A stretch of 64,000 nucleotides of DNA from Burkholderiales bacterium (GCA_028379895.1 JAOEKQ010000002.1:56620-120619); one strand, 5' to 3'; positions 52,712 to 63,671 are shown, counted from the first letter of the stretch. A program made the numbers and translations. Notes: a model not told the origin generated them from the sequence alone.

Positions 52712-52763
52712 ATTAGAAACCTTTTACTTTTTTAAAAACATAAAATTGTAAGCGTCTGACGCT

Positions 52764-54593
52764 TTACTCCACCGTTACAGACTTTGCTAAATTTCGTGGT
52801 TTGTCGACGTCGGTTCCTTTAGCTAATGCCACATGGTACGCAAGTAACTGTAGTGGAATAGAATGAAGAATTGGACTAAGGTGACCGAGGTGTTCAGTCA
52901 TTTTTATAATATGTAGGCCTTCGGTTTCATCCAAATTTGAGCCAGCGTCAGCGAACACATAAAGCTCACCTCCGCGCGCATGAACTTCCGATAGGTTGGA
53001 CTTTAGTTTTTCAAGTAATGTATCGTTAGGTGCTACTGCTACCACTGGCGTGTCACCATCAACAAGTGCTAGAGGACCGTGTTTTAATTCGCCCGCCGGA
53101 TACCCTTCCGCATGAATATAGGAAATCTCTTTAAGCTTCAATGCGCCTTCAAGTGCGATGGGGTAGTGAATACCTCGACCTAAAAATAATGCATTTTGTT
53201 TCCTGGCTATTACACTTGCCCAATTTATAATTTTCGGTTCCATTTTTAGTGCAAGAGTGATGGCTGCAGGCAAGTGTCTTAGCCCAGTCAACAGCGAATG
53301 CTCCAGGTTCTGTTGGAGTCTCCCTTTGAGCTTTGCAATTACTAGGGTAAGTAAATATAAAGATGCCAGTTGGGTTGTGAACGCTTTAGTTGATGCCACA
53401 CCAATTTCAGGACCCGCTCGTGTTAAAAATTTAAGTTTTGAGCCTCTAATGATGGAAGATTCTGGTACGTTACAAATACCGAGCGTTTTCTCTTGACCAA
53501 GCTGCTTTGCATAATCTAATGCCGCAATAGTATCTGCTGTCTCCCCTGACTGGGAGACAGCGACGATAAGTGTGTTGGGGTTTGCAATCGGTTTGCGATA
53601 GCGGTATTCAGAGGCAATCTCTACGAAGACTGGTAATTGCGCAAGTTCCTCTAGCCAATACTTTGCCGTCAGGCCGGAGTGGTAACTCGTGCCACACGCG
53701 ATAATAGTTATTGAGTCGATGGTTGATAAAATTGAGGAAGCTTCCGTGCCAAAGAGCTCTGGGGCGATGGCACTGGAGCCAGTTACCATCTCTAGGGTCG
53801 CTGCTAATGCACCTGGTTGCTCAAAAATTTCTTTCTGCATGTAGTGATCAAATCGACCTAACTCGACTTGATCTGAAGATAATTCGCTCTCGTAGATTTC
53901 TCTTTTTACGGTTTTACCATGGGAATCAAAAAAAGTTGGACCATTAACCGTAACATCTGCGATGTCACCATCTTCCATGAAAATCATGCGTCTGGTGCAT
54001 TGTAAAAGTGCTGAGGCATCACTCGCACAATAAACTTCGTTTTCTCCTAAGCCGACTAATAATGGAGCGCCTCGTCGAGCGAGAATAATTCTCTTGTTAG
54101 ATTGCTCGCTAATAACCGCCAGCGCGAAAGCGCCCACCAATTCCGAAACTGTATGACGCACCGCTGTGAGTAGGTCAGGCGAGTTTTCTAAATGTTTATG
54201 TATGAGGTGTGCGATGACCTCACTGTCCGTATCCGAAGTGAATTCATAGCCTTGCTCGGACAGTGTTTGTCTAAGAGACTCATGGTTTTCGATGATGCCG
54301 TTGTGTACGAGCGCCAGACCATCTCGACTGATATGAGGATGCGCATTGCGTTCTAGGGGTGCGCCGTGAGTAGCCCAGCGTGTATGAGCAATACCAAGTT
54401 TAGATTTTACATTGAGAGATCGTACTTTTTCAGACAGTTCGCTCACGCGGCCGCTATTTCGAACTCGATTTAATTTTTCATTAATGACTGCGAGTCCGGC
54501 GGAGTCATAGCCGCGATATTCGAGTTTCAGGAGTCCGCCAATTAAAAAGGGGACTATGTCTTTGTCGGAGACGGCGGCAACGATTCCACACAT
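52764..54593 (-). CDS. glmS: Glutamine-fructose-6-phosphate aminotransferase
   Basis: 609 aa. MCGIVAA Ntn Cys, two SIS domains (IIACGTSYHSG, SQSGETADT), C-terminus DKPRNLAKSVTVE. Confidence 0.96.
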   Translation of the reverse strand: MCGIVAAVSDKDIVPFLIGGLLKLEYRGYDSAGLAVINEKLNRVRNSGRVSELSEKVRSLNVKSKLGIAHTRWATHGAPLERNAHPHISRDGLALVHNGIIENHESLRQTLSEQGYEFTSDTDSEVIAHLIHKHLENSPDLLTAVRHTVSELVGAFALAVISEQSNKRIILARRGAPLLVGLGENEVYCASDASALLQCTRRMIFMEDGDIADVTVNGPTFFDSHGKTVKREIYESELSSDQVELGRFDHYMQKEIFEQPGALAATLEMVTGSSAIAPELFGTEASSILSTIDSITIIACGTSYHSGLTAKYWLEELAQLPVFVEIASEYRYRKPIANPNTLIVAVSQSGETADTIAALDYAKQLGQEKTLGICNVPESSIIRGSKLKFLTRAGPEIGVASTKAFTTQLASLYLLTLVIAKLKGRLQQNLEHSLLTGLRHLPAAITLALKMEPKIINWASVIARKQNALFLGRGIHYPIALEGALKLKEISYIHAEGYPAGELKHGPLALVDGDTPVVAVAPNDTLLEKLKSNLSEVHARGGELYVFADAGSNLDETEGLHIIKMTEHLGHLSPILHSIPLQLLAYHVALAKGTDVDKPRNLAKSVTVE

Positions 54594-54616
54594 TGTGATT
54601 ATTTACCTAAAAGTTT

Positions 54617-55978
54617 TTACTCTGTTGTTTTTGTTGGTCGCTTCCAGTCGGCGATAAACGTTTGTTTGGTACGAGACAATGCTAGCCCCCCAGGAGGAAC
54701 ATCTTTGGTGATCGTGCTTCCAGCGGCGATAGTGCTTCCGGCCCCAACGGTTACTGGTGCCACAAGTTGAGTATCTGACCCTATGAATACGTTATCCTCT
54801 ACGACCGTTTGGTGTTTCCTCGCGCCATCGTAGTTACATGTAATGGTTCCCGCACCTACGTTTACGGAAGCGCCAATTGTGGCATCACCAATATATGAAA
54901 GGTGATTAGCTTTCGCGTCTGGTCCGAGCGTCGCGGCTTTAATCTCAACAAAGTTTCCTACCTTAACGCGCGTATGCGATTCCGTTCCAGGCCGAATTCT
55001 GGCATAAGGCCCGATATCATTAAAGCTTCCGATTGACGCACTATCAACGTGAGAGAACGCTCTTATCGTGGAATTATCCTTAACGATGGAGTTGCGGATT
55101 ATCACATTAGATTCTATTGAAACATTTTTCCCTAGCGTCACGTTGCCCTCAAAGATGCACCCCACATCAATTGAAACATCAGCGTCGCACGTGAGTGTTC
55201 CGCGTATATCAATTCGCCTTGGATCTAGAATTGTTACGCCGGCCCTCATGAGCCGGTAGGCAGATTCTAGTTGGAAGTCTCTTTCTAATTCAGCGAGTTG
55301 TTGTTTGCTATTCACACCTTTTGCTTCGAAGTCTAGCGACGGCGTAACCGTATCAATCGATAGACGCCTATTCGCTGCGTATTTAACGATGTCGGTTAAA
55401 TAATATTCCTCATTCGCGTTGTCATTTGTTAACGTATCTAGAAATGTTTTAAGAAGCGGTGTTTTAACGCAAAAAATACCCGTATTAATTTCTCGAGTTT
55501 GTTTCTCTTTTTGGTCAGCATCCTTTTCTTCAATGATCATGCAGGGACTGCCATCATCGCGTCTGATAATTCGGCCGTACCCTGTCGGGTTTTCGAGCAT
55601 TTGCGTTAATACGACTATATCTGCAGGACAGTCCGTAAGGCTTTTGATCGAATCAGGCCGAATGCACGGAACATCGCCTAGTAAAATAAGGGTTTTTGAT
55701 GAAGTTAGGTGTTCGCTGGCTTGCGATACGGCGTGTCCCGTGCCTAGTTGCGTTTTTTGAGATACAAATGTGAACGGTGCTTGTGCGTAATGTTTGCGAA
55801 TAGTCGCCTCTTCATGGCCTACGACGACAATTATTTCCTTTGGCTTTAGAGTTGTTGCGGTATCAATGACGTGGTCCAGAAGTGGTTTACCAGCGAGCTG
55901 GTGCATCACTTTAGGTTGTGTTGATTTCATCCGAGTGCCTTTTCCTGCAGCAAGGATAACCACATCAATATGATTCAT
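54617..55978 (-). CDS. glmU: Bifunctional UDP-GlcNAc pyrophosphorylase / GlcN-1-P acetyltransferase
   Basis: 453 aa. VILAAGKGTRM, YYLTD, C-terminal left-handed beta-helix hexapeptide repeats (NYDGARKHQTVVEDNVFIGSDTQLVAPV). Confidence 0.95.
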   Translation of the reverse strand: MNHIDVVILAAGKGTRMKSTQPKVMHQLAGKPLLDHVIDTATTLKPKEIIVVVGHEEATIRKHYAQAPFTFVSQKTQLGTGHAVSQASEHLTSSKTLILLGDVPCIRPDSIKSLTDCPADIVVLTQMLENPTGYGRIIRRDDGSPCMIIEEKDADQKEKQTREINTGIFCVKTPLLKTFLDTLTNDNANEEYYLTDIVKYAANRRLSIDTVTPSLDFEAKGVNSKQQLAELERDFQLESAYRLMRAGVTILDPRRIDIRGTLTCDADVSIDVGCIFEGNVTLGKNVSIESNVIIRNSIVKDNSTIRAFSHVDSASIGSFNDIGPYARIRPGTESHTRVKVGNFVEIKAATLGPDAKANHLSYIGDATIGASVNVGAGTITCNYDGARKHQTVVEDNVFIGSDTQLVAPVTVGAGSTIAAGSTITKDVPPGGLALSRTKQTFIADWKRPTKTTE

Positions 55979-56058
55979 ATAGGCAACTTAATTTAAGGTG
56001 TTCGGCCGATTATCGCATAGGAGCTTCGACTTAGCTCTAATAGTGGGCCGATACTCTG

Positions 56059-57450
56059 CTAGTTTGTTTTGTATAAATGTTGAACAAGGTTTTCCATTGT
56101 CTTTGAAGTTTTAGTGAGTGACTCGTGATTCATTATGATCACAATAGAAAGTGTACGACCTTCAGGTAAATGCAGGTAACCAGCTACGGAACGAACACCC
56201 TCAAGGTAACCGGTTTTAAGATGGGCTCTGGCTTCTACCGGACTACGACCATAACGTTTGCCGAGTGTGCCATCGACCCCCGGAACAGATAAAGATGAAA
56301 CAAATTCGGGCATAGAAGGATCCGCCCATGCTAATTTTAAAATTTCGGAGATGAATGAGGCGGTAGTTCGACCATCGCGTGATAGTCCAGCTCCGTTGTC
56401 GATGACCAGCCCTCTGGTGTCGAGTCCCCGACCTTTCCCCCAGTTCTCGATGATCAACCTCGACTGTGCTATGTCGCCGGTTTTATTCTCTTGCGCCGAT
56501 AAGGTTAAAAAAATATTTCTGGCGGCTAGGTTACTACTCCACTTGTTACTTACACGGAGAGCTGATGCTAGCGGTTCAGATTTTGTTGTTAATAAAAGTT
56601 GGGCTGACTTTGGAGTTTTATCTTCTAGAATTTTTCCTGTTAAAGCTCCCCCGAGTGCAGACCATTGGGACACGAATGCATTTTTAAAGTACAACGAGTG
56701 CGATAAGAAATTATATTGACGTTCTTTGATCCCGCACGTCTCGGGATAAGAACCACGGAAAATAATGTGCTGATTTTCGATGATGGGGTTTTTAGGCCAT
56801 CGCGTGCAGGGTCTATCCACTAACTTAAGCTGATTGGTAATCGGGGCATTGAGTGGTGAACTTATTAAAGCTACCGTCCTTTTTTCTTGGTCGGGGATAA
56901 ATTGGATGTCGAAGACATTTGCATTAATCGGCAGTGCATCCGCTCCAACGTTGTAGGGTCTCAATGGCTCTTCATCAAATTGTGAGGGATCATGAGGTGC
57001 AAGCGAGAATCTCGATCGATCGACATAAATGTTACCTTCGATCGATTGAATGCCCATATCGTAAATTTTCTTCAGGAGCTTATGAAATCTTGGGAGGTCA
57101 AGTGTGGGGTCACCGCTACCTCGGAAGTATAGATCTCCGATTAGCGCTTTATTTAAGGCCGTACCAGTTATTAAAATATCGGTTTCCCAACGGAACCCTA
57201 AGCCAAGTAGATCGATTGCCGCTTTTGTGGATATCAACTTCATTACGGAGGCTGGATTAAGCGGTGTGTTTTCATTTCCCGCGTAAATTGTGTTGTTATG
57301 AGTGATGTCGTCAATTAGAACAGCAAAGCCTGTCGGGTAGTTTTTGACTAAATGGTCCAGGCGGATTTGAAGCGTATCGGGTAGCTTGAGGTCCTCTCCA
57401 AAAGAGACCAGCGGAATGAGTAACAACAATATCAATAAAAATCGCGCCAT
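56059..57450 (-). CDS. dacB: D-alanyl-D-alanine carboxypeptidase/endopeptidase (PBP4, S13 family)
   Basis: 463 aa. Signal peptide MARFLLILLLLIPLVSFG, SxxK in NPASVMKL, SNN-like NKWSSN, KTG in HLKTGYLEGV. Confidence 0.88.
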   Translation of the reverse strand: MARFLLILLLLIPLVSFGEDLKLPDTLQIRLDHLVKNYPTGFAVLIDDITHNNTIYAGNENTPLNPASVMKLISTKAAIDLLGLGFRWETDILITGTALNKALIGDLYFRGSGDPTLDLPRFHKLLKKIYDMGIQSIEGNIYVDRSRFSLAPHDPSQFDEEPLRPYNVGADALPINANVFDIQFIPDQEKRTVALISSPLNAPITNQLKLVDRPCTRWPKNPIIENQHIIFRGSYPETCGIKERQYNFLSHSLYFKNAFVSQWSALGGALTGKILEDKTPKSAQLLLTTKSEPLASALRVSNKWSSNLAARNIFLTLSAQENKTGDIAQSRLIIENWGKGRGLDTRGLVIDNGAGLSRDGRTTASFISEILKLAWADPSMPEFVSSLSVPGVDGTLGKRYGRSPVEARAHLKTGYLEGVRSVAGYLHLPEGRTLSIVIIMNHESLTKTSKTMENLVQHLYKTN

Positions 57451-57587
57451 AATCAGAAATTATTATTTAGAGAGCAAAAAGGAGTTATAAATTTTAAATT
57501 TGTTTTAAAAAATAAATAAATATAAAAGTGAGTACTTACTTTTGTAATATTTTTTAGGTAATATGTGTCCGTTTTTTCAGTTTACCA

Positions 57588-57616
57588 CTTGAAAAGCTAC
57601 AGTTTAATCCCATATC
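57588..57616 (+). promoter_or_regulatory. RpoH (sigma32)-type heat-shock promoter of groESL
   Basis: CTTGAAA (57588-57594), 14 nt spacer, CCCATATC (57609-57616). This matches the consensus CTTGAAA-N13-15-CCCCATnT. Confidence 0.7.
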
Positions 57617-57617
57617 A

Positions 57618-57644
57618 TTAGCACTCATTGATGTCGAGTGCTAA
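57618..57644. promoter_or_regulatory. CIRCE operator (HrcA binding site)
   Basis: TTAGCACTC-attgatgtc-GAGTGCTAA is a perfect match to the 9-N9-9 CIRCE consensus. It starts 2 nt after the sigma32 -10 element and lies about 95 nt upstream of groES. Confidence 0.9.
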
Positions 57645-57739
57645 TAATATCACTCGACTGAAGGTTTTTTTTAGTTGCTGAGTTTAGGCGACTGGATTTA
57701 TTTTAATTGTAAACATTTAAGTATTAGGAGACACCACAC

Positions 57740-58027
57740 ATGAAAATTCGTCCCCTGCACGATCGAGTGATCGTCAAGCGACTCGAAGAAGAGCGTACAA
57801 CTGCGTCAGGTATCGTCATTCCTGATTCCGCAGCTGAAAAACCAGATACCGGTGAGGTCGTTGCCATTGGAACCGGCAAAGTTCTTGATGATGGAAAGAA
57901 TAAGGCGCTAGATGTAAAGCCTGGCGACAAAGTTATATTCGGTAAGTACTCAGGTCAAACCGTTAAAGTTGATGGTGAGGAGCTCCTCGTAATGCGCGAG
58001 GAAGACATTATGGGCGTTCTTGAGTAA
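57740..58027 (+). CDS. groES: Co-chaperonin GroES
   Basis: 95 aa: [42 protein letters not shown]. Confidence 0.97.
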   Translation: MKIRPLHDRVIVKRLEEERTTASGIVIPDSAAEKPDTGEVVAIGTGKVLDDGKNKALDVKPGDKVIFGKYSGQTVKVDGEELLVMREEDIMGVLE

Positions 58028-58073
58028 GAACTGGTCCTAAATACATCGAATAATTAAAGTTTTAAGGAGCTAA

Positions 58074-59732
<1,659 letters not shown>

Positions 59733-59761
59733 GTCGTTTGCCACATATTGCTTCAATGAAA

Positions 59762-59790
59762 ACGCCAGATTTTACATCTGGCGTTTTTTT
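59762..59790 (+). terminator. Rho-independent terminator of groESL
   Basis: ACGCCAGAT-tttac-ATCTGGCGT: 9-bp stem (59762-70 / 59776-84), 5-nt loop, then a T run to 59790. Preceding A-tract makes it potentially bidirectional. Confidence 0.9.
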
Positions 59791-59899
59791 ATCTCTCATT
59801 AAAGTCGAACAGTTTGCATCCGTAGTGTTATCATCGTTACACAATAAAAAAAAGAAACATTAAATAACTATAACGTTGTGATAGATATGTGGGGGAGAA

Positions 59900-60151
59900 A
59901 TGAAAAGTGCTCAGGATTATTGGCGAGCAAATGTAAGCATTTTATTAAAATGCCTGGTCGTATGGTTTGTTTGTTCTTATTTATTCGGAATTATTCTTGT
60001 TGACCAACTCAATTCGATTTCGATTGGTGGATATCAGCTAGGGTTTTGGTTCGCCCAGCAGGGGTCAATTTACGTCTTCCTCATTTTAATTTTTTACTAT
60101 GTCAAACGCATGAATCGCTTAGATCGTGAATTTGATGTGGACGAGCAATAA
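59900..60151 (+). CDS. DUF4212 small membrane protein (putative solute-symporter accessory subunit)
   Basis: 83 aa, two TM helices. The YWRANV...GFWFAQQGSIYVF..L...Y...MN..D pattern is typical of DUF4212. It sits immediately upstream of an SSS transporter. Confidence 0.8.
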   Translation: MKSAQDYWRANVSILLKCLVVWFVCSYLFGIILVDQLNSISIGGYQLGFWFAQQGSIYVFLILIFYYVKRMNRLDREFDVDEQ

Positions 60152-60162
60152 GGGGCGATAAA

Positions 60163-61938
60163 ATGGATCTTACGACGATTACTTATATTATTGTTGGGCT
60201 TACCTTTGCTCTTTATATTGGGATTGCAGTTGCGGCCCGAGCAGGCAGCACTAGTGAATTTTATGTGGCGGGCAAGGGCGTTAATCCTATTTTAAATGGA
60301 ATGGCAACCGCTGCTGATTGGATGTCGGCAGCTTCATTTATCTCATTGGCAGGCTTGATAGCGTTCAAGGGTTACGACGCGTCTGCTTATCTAATGGGAT
60401 GGACTGGAGGGTATGTCCTTCTAGCTTTATTGCTAGCACCTTATTTAAGAAAGTTCGGAAAATTTACTGTTCCTGAATTTATCGGTGATCGATTTTACTC
60501 ACGAACTGCTCGTATCATTGCTGTTATTTGTCTGATCGTCGCGTCAATAACTTACGTTATTGGTCAGATGAAGGGCGTCGGTGTCGCTTTTTCAAGGTTC
60601 TTGGATGTCGGCTACGATACCGGTCTTTTAGTGGGGATGTTGATCGTTTTCTTCTATGCTGTTCTCGGTGGCATGAAGGGGATCACCTATACGCAAATTG
60701 CTCAATATGTCGTCTTGATCTTTGCTTATACTGTGCCTGCTGTCTTTATTTCACTGCAGATTACGGATAATCCATTTCCTCAACTAGGGCTTGGAAGTTC
60801 AGTGGCTGACGGGACCCCTTTACTTGCGAAACTTGACCAAGTATTAGCTGAAATTGGATTTGCAGAATACACTCTGCAGCAAGGAACGACTCTTAATATG
60901 ATTGCGCTTACGCTATCGTTAATGATCGGAACTGCGGGATTACCACATGTGATCGTCCGGTTTTTCACGGTGCCCAAGGTTAAAGATGCCCGTTCTTCTG
61001 CGGGTTGGGCTTTGGTATTTATAGCGATTCTCTACACGACAGCTCCAGCTGTTGGCGCAATGTCATTTTTTAATTTGATTAATACGATTCAACCTGGAGA
61101 AACTGGTCAGCCGGAAAGTAATTTGGTTTACGAGGAGCGACCAGAATGGTTTAAAAAATGGGAGACCACAGGCCTACTTCAGTTTGAAGATAAAAATGGC
61201 GATGGTCGCATTCAGTATTACAACGATAAAAATGCTGACTTTGCAGAAACGGCAAAGGAGTATGGTTGGAATGGGAATGAATTGGTAAAAGTTGATAGAG
61301 ATATCATGGTGCTTGCAAACCCAGAAATCGCTAATTTACCGAATTGGGTAGTAGCGTTGGTCGTTGCAGGTGGTCTCGCGGCTGCATTGTCAACAGCTGC
61401 CGGCTTGCTCCTAGCAATTTCTTCTGCAGTGTCTCACGACCTAATGAAGGGAGTATTTGCGCCCAATATTTCTGAAAAGACTGAATTGAGGGCTGCTAGA
61501 ATCTCCATGGCTGTTGCAATAGGGGTGGCAGGTTATCTGGGGCTAAATCCCCCTGGATTTGCCGCCCAAGTTGTCGCTTTAGCATTTGGTTTAGCAGCTG
61601 CATCTATATTCCCAGCGTTAATGATGGGCATTTTTTATAAACGTATGAATAGTCAAGGAGCCATTGTTGGGATGGTGATCGGCCTTCTGAGTACATTAAC
61701 GTATATCTTTGTATTTAAAGGCTGGTTCTTCGTTCCTGGAACAAATAACTTGGCAAATACGCCAGAAAATTGGTTGTTTGGTATTCAGCCAGAAGCTTTC
61801 GGTGCGGTTGGGGCGTTGCTTAATTTTGGTTCCGCTTGGCTTGTATCTAAAGTCACTGCTCCTCCCCCGGCGCACATTCAAGCTCTGGTTGAGGATATAC
61901 GTGTGCCTCGCGGTGCTGGGGCCGGATCTAGCCACTAA
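60163..61938 (+). CDS. Sodium:solute symporter family transporter (DUF4212-coupled, acetate/monocarboxylate-permease-like)
   Basis: 591 aa, about 13-14 TM helices. SSS-family blocks (AADWMSAASFISLAG, GGMKGITYTQIAQY, GTAGLPHVIVRFFT). Substrate cannot be inferred from the sequence. Confidence 0.85.
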   Translation: MDLTTITYIIVGLTFALYIGIAVAARAGSTSEFYVAGKGVNPILNGMATAADWMSAASFISLAGLIAFKGYDASAYLMGWTGGYVLLALLLAPYLRKFGKFTVPEFIGDRFYSRTARIIAVICLIVASITYVIGQMKGVGVAFSRFLDVGYDTGLLVGMLIVFFYAVLGGMKGITYTQIAQYVVLIFAYTVPAVFISLQITDNPFPQLGLGSSVADGTPLLAKLDQVLAEIGFAEYTLQQGTTLNMIALTLSLMIGTAGLPHVIVRFFTVPKVKDARSSAGWALVFIAILYTTAPAVGAMSFFNLINTIQPGETGQPESNLVYEERPEWFKKWETTGLLQFEDKNGDGRIQYYNDKNADFAETAKEYGWNGNELVKVDRDIMVLANPEIANLPNWVVALVVAGGLAAALSTAAGLLLAISSAVSHDLMKGVFAPNISEKTELRAARISMAVAIGVAGYLGLNPPGFAAQVVALAFGLAAASIFPALMMGIFYKRMNSQGAIVGMVIGLLSTLTYIFVFKGWFFVPGTNNLANTPENWLFGIQPEAFGAVGALLNFGSAWLVSKVTAPPPAHIQALVEDIRVPRGAGAGSSH

Positions 61939-61963
61939 GGGAGCTAATGGATCTTGAGCAATC

Positions 61964-61992
61964 GGGGGCAGCGATATTCTGCCCCCTTTTTT
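61964..61992 (+). terminator. Rho-independent terminator after the symporter
   Basis: GGGGGCAG-cgatatt-CTGCCCCC: 8-bp GC-rich stem (61964-71 / 61979-86) followed by T6 (61987-92). It lies inside the track's 61954-start ORF, which argues for the downstream ATG 62020 start. Confidence 0.9.
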
Positions 61993-62019
61993 ATATTTTT
62001 AGATCAAAAGGAAAGGTCG

Positions 62020-63309
62020 ATGACTAAGTTGTTAATACATCTGGCTGAACTTCGTGCCGATCCGATGAATTGGCTCGCTGTCTTAGTCTTTTTTACCGCT
62101 GCTTTTTTTCTGACCCTTAAAGGTACGGCCACCACCAGCTTGTTCTTAATGTTTTTGATTTGTAGTTGGTCGATTATCAAAACCCCCAGACATTACTTTG
62201 CTGCTCGAGGATCTCAATTTTGGGTGCTAATTTTATGTTTATTATCCCCTTTTCTTACTGAATTACTTGCCCAAATTGGGCGGGGAAGTTTTATAGGCTC
62301 GAGCCTCGATGGCCCATCTAGGGCGATCTTGGCGGCGGGTGTATTTGTCTATCTTTCAAAAAAAGACTGTACAAATTTGCTTTCTGCATTGAGCATTGGT
62401 TCTGCTGTTGGCATCGTGCTGGTGTTCATGTACTTGCAGGTTTTCCCTGAATACTATTGGAGTGGTCGGGCCGCCACGTATTTTGTAGACCCTATTACGC
62501 TGCCGTGCTATGTGGTTGTTTTGCTAGGGCTTTATTTGTTTGGAGATTATTCAAAGATCCCTAAAAAAATTAGCTATTTCGTAACGTTGCTGATTTCCAT
62601 ATTAACGATATATATCGTGATTGAATCTCAGTCGCGTAGCGCTTGGGTTGCCGGAATTGTTTTGGCCGAAGTCTATCTTTTGTATGTGTTCAGAGCCTCG
62701 TTAATGAAACAGATTCTAGTTTCGCTGGCGCTAGCGCTCGGTGTTTTTGCAATTTTTACTTTTTCTGATGTTGTTAACGGTAGATCATCAGAGGCTTTAG
62801 AAGGGCTGGTTGCCTTCTTGGAAGAAGGCGGAGGGCAGCAATCGTCTACCGGTCAACGGATGGTATTGCTGTTAATCGATTTTGAACTTATAAAAGACAA
62901 TCTTTTTTTTGGCGTTGCCGATGGTGTCATGCCTACGTACGAATATTTACAATCGAGAATCCCATCAATAAATGAAGGGATATATGGGATTAAAGCTCTT
63001 GCAGGCTCTCATTCTGAGGCGTCTGCGCAATTGGTTCGTAAGGGTCTATTTTTAGGTGGATTTGCTTTGTGGGGCTTATTCCTATACCCACTTTATTTGG
63101 TTAGCTGTAAACTCAGGGCGTGGTCGACGGCAGACCTGGGACTTTCTGCGGGGATTTATGGATTAATTGTTCCCATATTTTTTTCTGGCCTTACGATTCA
63201 GGTGTTTAATTTGAAAATGACGATGTCATTTTATATGCTGTGCCTTGCAATCCTTCTGGCTTATTGTTTGCCTAGGATTGAGGTCAGCGAGCATGGGCTT
63301 AAAAACTAA
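62020..63309 (+). CDS. O-antigen ligase / O-glycosylation ligase family (Wzy_C-type) polytopic membrane protein
   Basis: About 429 aa from ATG 62020 (AAAGGAAAGG Shine-Dalgarno region upstream), about 10-12 TM helices. The central ...ESQSRSAWVAGIVL... block followed by a large loop is typical of the WaaL/PglL/Wzy_C domain. Function is assigned by family resemblance only. Confidence 0.7.
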   Translation: MTKLLIHLAELRADPMNWLAVLVFFTAAFFLTLKGTATTSLFLMFLICSWSIIKTPRHYFAARGSQFWVLILCLLSPFLTELLAQIGRGSFIGSSLDGPSRAILAAGVFVYLSKKDCTNLLSALSIGSAVGIVLVFMYLQVFPEYYWSGRAATYFVDPITLPCYVVVLLGLYLFGDYSKIPKKISYFVTLLISILTIYIVIESQSRSAWVAGIVLAEVYLLYVFRASLMKQILVSLALALGVFAIFTFSDVVNGRSSEALEGLVAFLEEGGGQQSSTGQRMVLLLIDFELIKDNLFFGVADGVMPTYEYLQSRIPSINEGIYGIKALAGSHSEASAQLVRKGLFLGGFALWGLFLYPLYLVSCKLRAWSTADLGLSAGIYGLIVPIFFSGLTIQVFNLKMTMSFYMLCLAILLAYCLPRIEVSEHGLKN

Positions 63310-63346
63310 TGTTTGTCACTTAAGGATTTTTTTGGCGAAAATCTAA

Positions 63347-63374
63347 TTTTGATGTAAAATCCAGCCCCTATAAT
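63347..63374 (+). promoter_or_regulatory. Possible tRNA-Phe promoter
   Basis: Perfect -10 TATAAT (63369-74) followed by a GC-rich discriminator (gactgcggg), 40 nt upstream of the tRNA. The -35 is poor (TTTTGA with a 16-nt spacer, or TTGATG with 14 nt). Confidence 0.35.
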
Positions 63375-63413
63375 GACTGCGGGTTGCAGCGAATGTTGCG
63401 CCCAACGGTTGAT

Positions 63414-63489
63414 GGCCTGGTAGCTCAGTCGGTAGAGCAGAGGATTGAAAATCCTTGTGTCGGTGGTTCGATTCCGCCCCGGGCCACCA
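63414..63489 (+). tRNA. tRNA-Phe (anticodon GAA), CCA encoded
   Basis: GGCCTGGTAGCTCAGTCGGTAGAGCAGAGGATTGAAAATCCTTGTGTCGGTGGTTCGATTCCGCCCCGGGCCACCA folds by hand into a 76-nt cloverleaf: 7-bp acceptor stem with one G-U, anticodon loop cuGAAaa, TTCGATT T-loop. Near-identical in layout to E. coli tRNA-Phe. Confidence 0.95.
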
Positions 63490-63671
63490 GTATTTAAGAG
63501 CAGCCGTTTTCGTGATAAAGTTAGTGTCTATATCGAATCTTTTGGATTGTTTTAATAAGTTAGTCCAGGGGAAGGGAAGCTAAAATATGTGCCCTGCTAT
63601 CCTAGTAGGGTGCGGCGGTAGCCGACCCAAACCTACGACCCACGCTTGAATTCCAGGGTACGAGATAACCA

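Noticed and set aside
52750-52764. Hairpin AAGCGT-ctg-ACGCTT at the glmS stop as a terminator
   Set aside because: The stem is 6 bp with a 3-nt loop. It overlaps the stop codon and is not followed by a proper T run on the minus strand. Too weak to call.
56258-56719. 153-aa plus-strand ORF inside dacB
   Set aside because: Antisense to PBP4, which carries its full SxxK/KTG motif set. A shadow ORF.
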